A stretch of DNA of 64,000 bases from an uncultured Chloroflexia bacterium (GTDB taxonomy: Bacteria; Chloroflexota; Dehalococcoidia; DSTF01; JALHUB01), in contig OY969814.1 in assembly GCA_963703345.1 (NCBI GenBank), forward strand, positions 1,312,001 to 1,376,000, in the 5' to 3' direction. Below, piece after piece: positions 24,481 to 33,998 of this stretch. A model generated the notes under the pieces. The model saw only the letters and a list, made by a program, of their open reading frames with translations. It was not told the origin of the DNA and did no database searches. The position numbers were made by a program, and so were the translations under genes. Within the stretch, counting starts at the first letter, position 1, and every line of letters begins with the position of its first letter.

Positions 24481-25815
24481 ATGTTCGAGAGAATACCGTT
24501 CCCACGTCAGATGCAGGCAAGCGGCAACGCGATCGGCGTTCGCTGGCATCTATGGGCGCAGTTGCTTGTCGCCTGGGGAGGGCTTCTCGGCGTGGCGTTC
24601 ATGTGCGCTATCGTCCTCAGCAAGACCTTCTTCCTCGGCTCCGACTCGGCGCACCACTACGCGCATGTCTGGTACATCTCCGACCAGATCTTCCATCACG
24701 CTCGCGTGCCGCTGCACATACCGTACCTGGAGTCGGGCAAGGCGCTCGCCTTTCCTTACGGCGTCGCGCCCTACATCGCAACCGCCATTCCCTACCGCGT
24801 CTTCGGCGACTGGGCGGTGACGGCTTCCATGGTCGCCGGCGTCGCCTTCTACGGCTACGCGGCTACGCGCGCCCGACCGGTCCTGCGCGACCCGCGGTTG
24901 CTGGCGCTCGTCTACGTTAACACCTTCCTCATCGAAGGCATTGTTTCTTTCCAGTTCGCCTTCATCTGGTCTTGCGGTTTCTTCTTCCTCTCAGTCGAAG
25001 CGATGGACAAGCGGCGCTGGCTGCCGGCTGCGGTCCTGGCGCTGCTCACGGTGACGACGCATCTGGTGGCGGGCGGCATCGCCGTGACCGCCTACGCGCT
25101 GTTCACGCTGGTTCGACGCCCGCGCGACTTCCTGCCGCTGAGCGCGGCGATGGGCGTCGCGGCGCTGCTGACCGTGCCCTATCTCTTCTATCTCCACACG
25201 ACGCCTTCCCTGGGCTCGACGCCGCCCTCCTACATCATAGGCACCATCCGCTACATGGCGCGCTTCCGGGGGATAATCGTCGTCATGCCGCTGATAGTCG
25301 CCGCGCTGGCGCCGTTGCTGCGGCCGCTGTTCCTGCCGGCCTTCGCGGCGATGGCCCTGACCTTCGCCGTCCGCTTCCAGCAGGACCATGTCAACACCTA
25401 CGGTTTCAAACACGACAGCAGCCCCTTCTACTCCGAGTTCATCGACTCGCCGCAGTTCGACCCGAGTCTGACCTACCGTGTGCTGGAGCCGAATGATCGC
25501 GAAGACGGGGCGTACCAGCTCATCAAGCACGGCGCCGTGCTGGGACAGGAGTTCTTCGATCAAAGCCAGTTCCGTCGCTGGTGGTACTCGCTCGACATGT
25601 ACTCCTGCTTCCTTGGGGCGAAGAACATCGACGTCGTCCTGTACGAGACCGAATACAAGTACAAGTTCAACCAGAACGAGGAATGGCCCCTGGGCGAGTT
25701 CGTGAAGCAGGGGAAGGCGCAGGTTATCTACCGCGATCCCAAGGGCCGCTTCACCGCCTACGACGTCCGCGGCGCCAAGAAACCGGGCGCCCGCCTCTCG
25801 GACTGCGGCTTCTAG
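24481..25815 (+). CDS. Polytopic membrane protein, GT-C-like
   Basis: First TM followed by an SD..HH loop, many TM helices, soluble C-terminal domain. Confidence 0.55.
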   Translation: MFERIPFPRQMQASGNAIGVRWHLWAQLLVAWGGLLGVAFMCAIVLSKTFFLGSDSAHHYAHVWYISDQIFHHARVPLHIPYLESGKALAFPYGVAPYIATAIPYRVFGDWAVTASMVAGVAFYGYAATRARPVLRDPRLLALVYVNTFLIEGIVSFQFAFIWSCGFFFLSVEAMDKRRWLPAAVLALLTVTTHLVAGGIAVTAYALFTLVRRPRDFLPLSAAMGVAALLTVPYLFYLHTTPSLGSTPPSYIIGTIRYMARFRGIIVVMPLIVAALAPLLRPLFLPAFAAMALTFAVRFQQDHVNTYGFKHDSSPFYSEFIDSPQFDPSLTYRVLEPNDREDGAYQLIKHGAVLGQEFFDQSQFRRWWYSLDMYSCFLGAKNIDVVLYETEYKYKFNQNEEWPLGEFVKQGKAQVIYRDPKGRFTAYDVRGAKKPGARLSDCGF

Positions 25816-25925
25816 CTACGCTGCCACTCGACAACTCTTCGCGGCAGTCCTACTATGAGATTAGAGGCTGTCGCTTTTCAGGCAGGGCGGTCTGAGGACG
25901 GCGGTTTCGGGAGGGAGCGCATATT

Positions 25926-27056
25926 ATGCCCTCGTCATTCAAGTTCGGCAAGATCTTTGGCGTCGAGATCGGGGTCCACTGGAGTTGGATTCCCATCTTC
26001 ATAATCTTCTCCTGGCTCTTCGCCGATGGCACTCTCGCTCACTTCTTCCCTTCCTGGTCCGAGCCGGCGCTATGGATTGCCGGGGCGATCACGAGTGCCA
26101 TCTTCTTCGCTTCGCTGCTGGCGCACGAGCTGGCCCATTCGTTCGTCGCGCGGAGCAAGGGCCTCGAGGTGAAGGGGATAACGCTTTTCTTCATCGGTGG
26201 CGTGTCCAACCTCGGCGGCGAGCCGCGCTCCCCCGGCGACGAGTTCGTCATCTCGGTCGTAGGGCCGGCCACCAGCCTTGTGATGGGGGGCCTGTTCGCC
26301 ATCGGCTGGGCCGCCCTGTCGCCCTTCAGCCCGGGAATCGCGGGCGTCTCCGCCCAGCTTGCCGTGATCAACGCGACGCTGGCGGTCTTCAACATGGTGC
26401 CCGGATTCCCCCTCGATGGCGGCCGCGTCTTTCGCTCCATCCTCTGGCAGCGCACGCGCAACCTTCACACGGCGACGCACATCGCCTCGATGGCGGGCGA
26501 GGGCGTCGGCTACCTGCTGATCGGCGCGGGCGTTGTCTTCTTCCTCTTTGGGAATGTTGTCAACGGCATCTACTTCTTCGTCATCGGCCTCTTCCTGCGC
26601 GGGATCGCCGCCGGGAGCTACCAGCAGATGGTGACCGACGAGGCGCTCGCCGGCCTGAAAGCGGGCGACGCGGCGGCGACGAACTGCGAGGCCGTGCCGC
26701 CGGACCTTTCGCTCGAAAACGTGGTCGACAACTACGTGCTCCTGCGGAACGTGCGCTGCTTTCCCGTGCAGTCGCAGGACCAGCTGCTGGGCCTCGTCAC
26801 CCTGGAGGACATCCGCCACATACCGCGCGAGCAATGGGCGATAACCCCCGTCGAGAAGGCGATGACCTCCTTCGACCGCCTGCACGCGGTCTCGCCCGAC
26901 GACGACCTGCGACACGTGCTGCGCCTCATGGCTGAGCAGGACGTTAACCAGGTGCCGGTCGTCGACGGCGGGCGGCTGGTAGGCCTCATCGGCCGCGCCG
27001 ACATCCTGCGCCTCATCCAGACGCGGCGCGAGCTCGCCCAAAACGGCGGCCACTGA
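25926..27056 (+). CDS. Site-2 protease (M50) with CBS pair
   Basis: HELAH, NMVPGFPLDGG, two CBS domains. Confidence 0.93.
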   Translation: MPSSFKFGKIFGVEIGVHWSWIPIFIIFSWLFADGTLAHFFPSWSEPALWIAGAITSAIFFASLLAHELAHSFVARSKGLEVKGITLFFIGGVSNLGGEPRSPGDEFVISVVGPATSLVMGGLFAIGWAALSPFSPGIAGVSAQLAVINATLAVFNMVPGFPLDGGRVFRSILWQRTRNLHTATHIASMAGEGVGYLLIGAGVVFFLFGNVVNGIYFFVIGLFLRGIAAGSYQQMVTDEALAGLKAGDAAATNCEAVPPDLSLENVVDNYVLLRNVRCFPVQSQDQLLGLVTLEDIRHIPREQWAITPVEKAMTSFDRLHAVSPDDDLRHVLRLMAEQDVNQVPVVDGGRLVGLIGRADILRLIQTRRELAQNGGH

Positions 27057-27140
27057 CCCTTTCCTCTTCGGGCCGTCAGACGCGCCAGCCTTGTCCGCAC
27101 GCCTTCGCTTGCCTAGACTGACGTTGGAGGAAGACGGGCG

Positions 27141-27587
27141 ATGCCCCTCGAACAGCCCACAGACGAAGACTGCCGGCAGGCCTCGGCCGCCAACGTCGCG
27201 AAGATGTGGCACTTCGTTCGGCGCTACGCCGCGAAGAGTGGCAGCTACCTGCACCCGCAGCCGGAGATCACGGAGTTCCTGGTAATCGGCCTCGCTCGTC
27301 ACATCGACGAGGTGGGCCGGCCGCTCTGCCCTTGCAACTTCTACCCCGACATCGTCGCCGAGGCGCGGTCGAGTGAGTGGTCATGCGCCTGCGACGAGAT
27401 GCAGCGCTACAAGTACTGCCACTGAATGCTGTTCTGTAATTCGGAAGGTCTTCCGATAACAGAGCACCTGCCGGAAGGGCACGAAGGACGCGAAATCTAC
27501 GGTCTCGTGCGGGACCCTCATCCCGACAAAGGCCGCGCCCTCGGCCGTCTGGAGGAGAAGCGCGGCCAGACCCTCAACAAGCGCTGA
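27141..27587 (+). CDS. Ferredoxin:thioredoxin reductase catalytic subunit, predicted selenoprotein (148 aa, Sec codon 27423-27425)
   Basis: CPC, CAC and CH-TGA-MLF match the CPC/CPC/CHCxLF pattern; frame stays open 53 codons past the TGA; SECIS-like hairpin follows. Confidence 0.88.
27427..27466 (+). promoter_or_regulatory. Bacterial SECIS-like hairpin
   Basis: TCGGAA-GGTC-TTCCGA upper stem with CTGT/ACAG and TGCT/AGCA lower stems; G-starting loop 21 nt after the UGA. Confidence 0.75.
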
Positions 27588-27648
27588 AAACTCCTCCCCT
27601 CAAGCCTATTGCTGAATCCGCGCCTCTCAGCCTACGATTGAATCTGCC

Positions 27649-28494
27649 ATGGTGAAGCTGAGTCTTCTCGCTGCGTTCTCGGCAACTGCGCTGGCGCTGG
27701 GTGCAATCGCGCTCGTCGCCTGCGACCGCTCATCGCCCGCAACCATGTCGACGGTCGCACCGCAGGCAACCGACACGCCCGCCGAGCAGTCGGAGGCGAC
27801 TTCGCCGCCGGAAGCGACGGCCGAACTCGGGACACCAGCGCCGCCGCCGCCTTCCGCCGACTGCGACCACCCGGCGCTCGAAGTGCGACGCGGCAACTCG
27901 ACGAGACAGCAGGTCGCCCTCACCTTCGACGCGGGCGCCGACGCCGGCAACACGACGCAGGTCCTTCAGATCCTGGCGGCGAACGGCATCAAGGCCAGCT
28001 TCAGCCTTACAGGCGAATGGTCGCAGGCGAATCCCGATCTCGTCAGGGCCATAGCAAACGCTGGCCATCTGCTGATGAACCACTCGCAGGACCACCCGTC
28101 CTTCACCGGCCTCTCGACCGGGAAGGGGCCGCTCAGCACGAAAGACCGTATCGCGGAACTCGACGATGCCGACCTGACGATCAGATCCATCGCGGGCCGG
28201 ACGACGAAGCCGTACTTCCGGCCGCCCTACGGCGATGTCGACGGCTCCGTCCTCTGCGACGCCTACGCCGCCGGCTACAACTACGTGGTGATGTGGACCG
28301 TCGATACGCTGGGCTGGAACGGCGCCGGCGTCGACCAGATCATCCAGACGAGTCTGTCGAACGCGAAGCCGGGCGCGATTTACATAATGCACGTCGGCTC
28401 AGAGTCGCAGGACGCGGCGGCGCTGCAGCAGGTCATCGACGGTCTAAAGGCGCAGGGCTACTCCTTTGGCACCATCGCCGACATCATCAAGTAG
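27649..28494 (+). CDS. Polysaccharide deacetylase (CE4) lipoprotein with Pro/Thr linker
   Basis: LVAC lipobox, LTFDAG, HSQDH, RPPYG, MHVG. Confidence 0.88.
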   Translation: MVKLSLLAAFSATALALGAIALVACDRSSPATMSTVAPQATDTPAEQSEATSPPEATAELGTPAPPPPSADCDHPALEVRRGNSTRQQVALTFDAGADAGNTTQVLQILAANGIKASFSLTGEWSQANPDLVRAIANAGHLLMNHSQDHPSFTGLSTGKGPLSTKDRIAELDDADLTIRSIAGRTTKPYFRPPYGDVDGSVLCDAYAAGYNYVVMWTVDTLGWNGAGVDQIIQTSLSNAKPGAIYIMHVGSESQDAAALQQVIDGLKAQGYSFGTIADIIK

Positions 28495-28506
28495 CTGAGC
28501 AAGGCG

Positions 28507-29265
28507 TCAAAGTCGGGCAAGCAGCGCCGCGACGCTGACGGTCACAATCGCCAGCGCCATTAGTGTCAACGCGCGCTCCAGCGGCTCGATGGCCCAGGCG
28601 CGGTCCAGCTCTTCGACGGCGCCGTTCGCGTAGACCAGCTTCCCTTCGATCTCCCGCACCCGACGTCGCACGGTGCGGACCCGAAAGCTCAGTTTCCGCT
28701 GCGCCAGGCTCAGCGCAAACGCCGCGACGGCCCCGAAAAGCGCCGGCAGCGCCAGCCGCTCGCCGCTCACCCAGTAGGCCGTGAGGAACGGGAAGCTGCC
28801 CCAGGCGAAGGCGAACCAGGCGTCGGAGTGAAAGCGGCCGGCGAACCACTCCAGATTGTACGCCGGAGCGATGAACAGCCCGAAGGCGACAAACGCGAGC
28901 AGCCACGGCGTCACGACGATGCTGCCGACTATCCCCATCGCCACGGCGATGCCTAGGCCGCCTATCGCTATCGTTCGGAGCGTCGACTCCGGGATGCGCG
29001 TGTTGAGTGGACGGCCGGCCATCTCGTCGAGCGCGTGCGCGGAAAGACCCATCGCCAGGAAAAAGGCGACCAGCGCCGCGATCAGCCGGTCGACGTGCAC
29101 TGCCGGCGCGACGGCAACCCCCAGGACGACATAACTCAAGTGCCAGGCTGTGTAGGGCGGATGCAGCAGAGTGACGTAGTCACGCCAACCGCCGCCGCGA
29201 AGAGCATAGAAGGCCGGGCGGTAGCGTAGCGCGCCGGTCGCGGGAGGGGTCATTTCTTTGTGCAT
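28507..29265 (-). CDS. Uncharacterised polytopic membrane protein, weakly UbiA-like
   Basis: LHPPYTAWHLSY, AHALDE..GRP, AYN motif, about 8 TM helices. Confidence 0.55.
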   Translation of the reverse strand: MHKEMTPPATGALRYRPAFYALRGGGWRDYVTLLHPPYTAWHLSYVVLGVAVAPAVHVDRLIAALVAFFLAMGLSAHALDEMAGRPLNTRIPESTLRTIAIGGLGIAVAMGIVGSIVVTPWLLAFVAFGLFIAPAYNLEWFAGRFHSDAWFAFAWGSFPFLTAYWVSGERLALPALFGAVAAFALSLAQRKLSFRVRTVRRRVREIEGKLVYANGAVEELDRAWAIEPLERALTLMALAIVTVSVAALLARL

Positions 29266-29267
29266 GC

Positions 29268-29984
29268 TCAGGCCGCCTTCCGTCCCCAAATGACCATTGC
29301 GCCGCCGAAAGAGAGTCGCTTCGACTGCACTTCGACGACGCCGGCGTCGCGCCAGGCGCGCAGGATGCGCTCCTCCGGCCAGCGACGGTTGAAATCGCGG
29401 ATGTTCGGGCCAAGGAAGGAGCCGGTCCGACGCCAGGCGCCGGAGAAGAGCTGCCCGCCGAATGGCAACGCCAGGTCTGTATACGCGCGCCAGAAGGGAT
29501 AGGCGACGCCGCGCGGCACGGCGAAATCGAGCGACGCGATCATCCCACCCGGCCTGACCAGCGACGCCAGGCAGCACAGGGTCGACGAGACGTCGCTGAC
29601 GTAGCGCAGGAGGTAGGCGAAGACTAGCGCGTCGAATCCCCCCTGCTTGAACGGCGGCGTTTCCGCGCTGCATTCGACGAGCGAGAGACGCCCCGCGGCG
29701 CCGTTCTTGCGGGCGCGAAGGGACGCTTTCGCCAGCATCGGGCGTGTGATGTCCGCGCCGACAACTTCGATGTTTGGGCGTGCCATCAGGTCGAGCGCCA
29801 GCGCCCCGGTGCCGGTGGCCATGTCGAGGACGCGGAGAGGGCGAGCGTCTTCCGGTAGCTCCAGCCGGTCGAGCAGGAAGCGATGCCAGCGGCGGTACTG
29901 GAACAGGCTGAGCGCCAGCGCCGGACGGTCGTAGTTGCGGGCTATTGGGGAGAAGACGCTGCGAGGAAGGTCACACTCAGGCAC
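29268..29984 (-). CDS. UbiE/MenG-like SAM methyltransferase
   Basis: VFSPIARNYD, VLDMATGTG, YLLRYV. Confidence 0.85.
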   Translation of the reverse strand: MPECDLPRSVFSPIARNYDRPALALSLFQYRRWHRFLLDRLELPEDARPLRVLDMATGTGALALDLMARPNIEVVGADITRPMLAKASLRARKNGAAGRLSLVECSAETPPFKQGGFDALVFAYLLRYVSDVSSTLCCLASLVRPGGMIASLDFAVPRGVAYPFWRAYTDLALPFGGQLFSGAWRRTGSFLGPNIRDFNRRWPEERILRAWRDAGVVEVQSKRLSFGGAMVIWGRKAA

Positions 29985-30081
29985 CGTCAGACGTCCTTGG
30001 CTACATGACCGGCCGTCCTAGTTTCATTCTATCATCGCCTCCGGCCCGCCGTCATAAGCCCGGCGACTCGTCACTACGATG

Positions 30082-30654
30082 CTATGGTTGCTGGCGGTTG
30101 ATGAGAGTGAGGAACTCCTGCCGGGTCGTCGCATTGTCGCGAAAGCTGCCGAGCAACGACGACGTCGTCATCACCGCGCTCTGCTTCTCGATGCCGCGCA
30201 TCATCATGCAGAGGTGCTGCGCCTCGATGAGGACGCCCACGCCGACGGGGTCGATGGCGTCCATGATCGCGCGCGAAATCTGCTCCGTCAGCCGCTCCTG
30301 AAGCTGGAGCCGCCGCGCGAAGACGTCGACGAGTCGGGCCAGCTTGCTGACGCCGAACACGCGGCCGCTTGGCAGGTAGCCGATGTGGCAGCGGCCGAAA
30401 AACGGCAGCATGTGGTGCTCGCAAAGGCTGTAGAATTCGATGTCGCGCAGGATGACCATGCTGGTCGTCTCTTGCGCGAAGCAGGCGCCGTTGATCAGCG
30501 CGTCGATATCTACGTTGTAGCCGGAGGTGAGGAAAGCAAGCGATGCGGCTACCCGGCGCGGGCTGCGAGCGAGCCCCTCGCGCTGCGGGTCCTCGCCCAG
30601 CTCTACCAATAGCTGCCGGACGAGCCCTTCGATCCTGTCGTTTCTAGCGTCCAT
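30082..30654 (-). CDS. folE: GTP cyclohydrolase I
   Basis: SLCEHHMLPF, RRLQLQERLT, HLCMMMRG. Confidence 0.97.
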   Translation of the reverse strand: MDARNDRIEGLVRQLLVELGEDPQREGLARSPRRVAASLAFLTSGYNVDIDALINGACFAQETTSMVILRDIEFYSLCEHHMLPFFGRCHIGYLPSGRVFGVSKLARLVDVFARRLQLQERLTEQISRAIMDAIDPVGVGVLIEAQHLCMMMRGIEKQSAVMTTSSLLGSFRDNATTRQEFLTLINRQQP

Positions 30655-31162
30655 CTGCGACCTCTCTTCTCAGCGCCGAGGTGTACTCTTCGAGGGGGCG
30701 CATGCCCTCTTGAGGTAGTCTCAGCGCCAGCTCCGCCATCGTCTCGTTCCGCCTGGGCAGCGACAGGTCCGGCGCCAGCTCGGCAAGCGCGACCGCAAGA
30801 TACCCGCGGTCCGCGATTTCCGGGTCGGGAAGCGTCAGCTCTTGCGACTGCGTGGCCAGGTCGTCGTAGAGCAGGAGATCGAGGTCGATGGGGCGCGGCG
30901 CGAACTTGTCCTCGCTGCGGCGGCGGCCCAGGCGCTCCTCTATCGCCCGCAAGCTGCGCTTGAGCCCCAGCGCCGGCATCTCCGTCTCCGCTTCGACGAC
31001 GCAGTTGTAGTAGCGCGGCTGCCCCGGGCGCGCCTCGGGCTCCGTCTCATAGACAGTCGAGACCGCGACCACCCGCATCTCCCCTGACATCGCTCGCAGC
31101 GCCTTCCGCACGTTCGCCGCCGGGTCGATGTTCGATCCCACCCCAATGAACGCGCGCGTCAC
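30644..31162 (-). CDS. folK: 6-hydroxymethyl-7,8-dihydropterin pyrophosphokinase
   Basis: GVGSNI, YETEP, PRPIDLDLLLY. Confidence 0.93.
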   Translation of the reverse strand: MTRAFIGVGSNIDPAANVRKALRAMSGEMRVVAVSTVYETEPEARPGQPRYYNCVVEAETEMPALGLKRSLRAIEERLGRRRSEDKFAPRPIDLDLLLYDDLATQSQELTLPDPEIADRGYLAVALAELAPDLSLPRRNETMAELALRLPQEGMRPLEEYTSALRREVADGR

Positions 31163-31518
31163 GGCCCCGTGCGCCCCCGCTCGATCTCCACCGCGACGCT
31201 TCGAGCGAAGCGAAGCGCGCCGGGCTTGTCGACGCGCACCCGCACGCCGGCGACGCCGCGGTGCTTCAGGCAGACGGCGGCAATCGCCTCCGCCAGCGCC
31301 TCCAGGAGAAAGTAGTGCGAGAACTCGACCAGGTCGACGACGTCGCTGCGCACGGCGCGGTAGTCGAGGGCGTCCTCCAGGCTATCGTTGTGGGCGGCGG
31401 CGCTGATGTCTGTGAAGAGCGTCAGGTTGATCACGATGTCCTGCTTCTCTTCGCGCTCGTCCTCGTTGACGCCGATGATGCAGCGGGCGGCGAGGTCACT
31501 GATCAGGACGCGGTCCAC
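31159..31518 (-). CDS. folB: Dihydroneopterin aldolase/epimerase (FolB/FolX family)
   Basis: IIGVNEDER..KQ, DY, LLEALAE, VDKPGA. Confidence 0.88.
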   Translation of the reverse strand: MDRVLISDLAARCIIGVNEDEREEKQDIVINLTLFTDISAAAHNDSLEDALDYRAVRSDVVDLVEFSHYFLLEALAEAIAAVCLKHRGVAGVRVRVDKPGALRFARSVAVEIERGRTGP

Positions 31519-32254
31519 TCTCGTACTCCTTGAGGTGCCGGCCGCCGTCGACGTTGATTATCTCGCCGGTCACGAAGTCGCTCTTCAGCAGGTAGATGAC
31601 CGCTTCGGCGATGTCCTCGGGCGAGCCGTGGCGCCTGAGGGGCACGGTGTTCGTCAGGCGGTCGATGTAGCTTTCGTCTTCTCCCGGCGGCGGCAGGATG
31701 AGGCCGGGCGACACACCGTTGACCGTTATGTCCGGCGCGAAGCGGAGGGCGGTGACGCGCGTCAGCACTAGGAGGACGTGCTTGCTCAGGATGTAGGCGA
31801 CGTGCGTCCAGTCGAAGTCGTGCGTACGGGAGTCGACGAGATTGACGATCTTGCCGCGGCCGGCCAGGCGGGCGAAGTCGCGGCTGAGCGTGAAGGGCGC
31901 CCAGGCGTTCACCTGCATGTTCTGCATCAGGCTTTCGAACGTGACCTTCGTCAGAGAATCGTGAGTGAAGAGCGAGGCGTTGTTGACGAGGATGTCGAGC
32001 TTGCCGGCGGCATCGATGCTGCGGGCGATGAGCGTCTCGTACTCCTCCGGCTTCTCGAAGTCCGCCTGGACGAGCCAGCAGGCGACCCCCAGCGCTTCCA
32101 TCTCGCTCCGCAGTTGCTCCGCTTCGCGCGATGAGTTGCGGTAGTGAAGGACGACGTTGGCGCCTTCCCGCGCCAGCGCCCGCGAGATCGCCGCGCCTAT
32201 GCGCTTGGCGGCGCCGGTTACAAGCGCCGTCTTTCCCCGCAGGTCTTCCGCCAT
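31496..32254 (-). CDS. Pteridine reductase-like SDR (FolM/PTR1 type)
   Basis: TGAAKRIG, NNAS, YILSK; pterin gene context. Confidence 0.85.
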   Translation of the reverse strand: MAEDLRGKTALVTGAAKRIGAAISRALAREGANVVLHYRNSSREAEQLRSEMEALGVACWLVQADFEKPEEYETLIARSIDAAGKLDILVNNASLFTHDSLTKVTFESLMQNMQVNAWAPFTLSRDFARLAGRGKIVNLVDSRTHDFDWTHVAYILSKHVLLVLTRVTALRFAPDITVNGVSPGLILPPPGEDESYIDRLTNTVPLRRHGSPEDIAEAVIYLLKSDFVTGEIINVDGGRHLKEYESGPRPDQ

Positions 32255-32289
32255 GCGGCGGGCTCCTTCCCGCTCCGTTTGTGCCGCAA

Positions 32290-32610
32290 CTATAGCAGGC
32301 GCTCTATCTTAGCCGCCACTATGAAGTCGTTCCGGGAGAGGCCGCCGATGCTGTGCGTGGTGAGGACGAGTCGCACCTTGTTGTACGACACTTCGATGTC
32401 CGGATGATGGTCCTCTTCCTGGGCGATCTTGGCGACCCGCTCGACGAAGCCCATCGCCTCTTCGAAGTCCTTGAAGTGGAACTCCTCTTCCAGCCGGCTG
32501 TCCACCAGCGACCAGCTCGGCACCTCGCGCTCCAGCGTTTCGGCTTCACGCCTCGTGAGCGGCCGCGACCCCTTTTCGACCGGCCCGCTCTTCTCCTCTG
32601 CCAGTGCCAT
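32290..32610 (-). CDS. phhB: Pterin-4-alpha-carbinolamine dehydratase
   Basis: DHHPDI, TTHSIGGLSRNDFIVAAKI. Confidence 0.92.
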   Translation of the reverse strand: MALAEEKSGPVEKGSRPLTRREAETLEREVPSWSLVDSRLEEEFHFKDFEEAMGFVERVAKIAQEEDHHPDIEVSYNKVRLVLTTHSIGGLSRNDFIVAAKIERLL

Positions 32611-32638
32611 CGCTTGCCTCCTATTCGACGAGAACGCC

Positions 32639-33845
32639 TCAGACGACGATGCCGCGTAGGCTCTCCGCCGACACGTTTTCGCCGCGACGGATCATCTCTC
32701 GCGCGGCGTCGACCTTGTCCCAGACGTTGCACATCATCATGCCGCGCACCTTGCTGTCCTCCAGGTAGTAGATGACGCCGGTGTCGTTCTCTTTCTGCCA
32801 GTCGGCGATAAGTCTGCAGCCGGGAATCCACGTCGCCCACGGCCTCATAGCCGAACTCGAAGAGGTCGGAGAAGAAGTAGGGCATGTGGGCGTACGGCTC
32901 GTGGGCGCCGGCCATATTGCGTCCGGCCCACTTGCCTTGCGTGACGGCGTTGTCCCAGTGCTCGATTCGCATGCGCCGGCCTAGCGCCTGATAGGGGAAG
33001 AAGGCGTTGTCGCCGGCCGCGTAGATGTTGGGGATGCTCGTCTCAAGGTACTCGTTGACGACGATGCCGTTCTCGATCTCCGCGCCGGCGTCCTCGGCCA
33101 GTTGCGTTGCCGGCATAATGCCCACGCCGACGATGAGTATGTCCGACTCCAGCGATCGCCCCTCGCGCGTGGTCGTCAGGAAGCGGCCGTTGCGCTTCTC
33201 GAAGGCGACGGGCGCGTCGGCGGTGAATATTGAGACGCCTTTCTCCCGAAAGCGCGCCATCATCGCCTCGCCCAGGTAAACCGGGAAGACGCGGTCGCAG
33301 AGATAAGCGGTCGGGAAGAGCATCGACACCGCGACGTCGTTGATGTTGAGCGCCGCTGCGATCTCCGAGCCGATGAAGCCGCCGCCGATGACCAGCGCCG
33401 ACTTCCCCTGCGTCGCCTCGGAGCGGATGCGCAGGTAGTCGTCGAGGTATCGGTAGTAGTAGATTCCTTCCAGGTCGCTGCCGGGGAGCGGCAGAGAGCG
33501 GGGGATGCCGCCGGTGGCAAGCAGGAGCTTCTCGTAGTGATAGGTCTTGCCGCGGGCGTCGACGACCTCCTTGTTTGCGGCGTCGATGGCGACGACGTGG
33601 TCGCCGAGCGCCAGCTCGACGCCCCTGTCAAGGAAATGCTGGCGGTCGTGGACAAACACCTGCTCCAGCGTCTTCTTGCCGAACCAGAGCTTCTTCGTGA
33701 GGTCCGGTCGCTCATATGGCAGGTGCTTCTCCTCGCCGATGAACAGGATGGAGCCACTGGCGTCGACCTCCCTGATCCCATCCACGGCAGCGCCGCCGGT
33801 CAGCCCTCCACCGACGATTACGTAACGATAGCTTCGCTCAGCCAT
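32639..33845 (-). CDS. FAD/NAD(P)H-dependent ferredoxin reductase-like oxidoreductase with frameshift near 32808
   Basis: GGGLTG, PYERP, ATG, GGGFIGSE, RIEHW; C-terminus ADWQKE...NVWD in the next frame. Confidence 0.88.
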
Positions 33846-33998
33846 GAGCTACACCTCTCTTTCGCGGACGCGTGATCACATCCGACTGCTAAACCATGAT
33901 AGCCGAAGGACGTGCAGTCTGTGTGAGCGAGCGGCGTTCTGCTATGGAAGAAAGGTGAACGATTGCGAGGGCGCACTTGTAGGGAAGCACCCGGCGCT

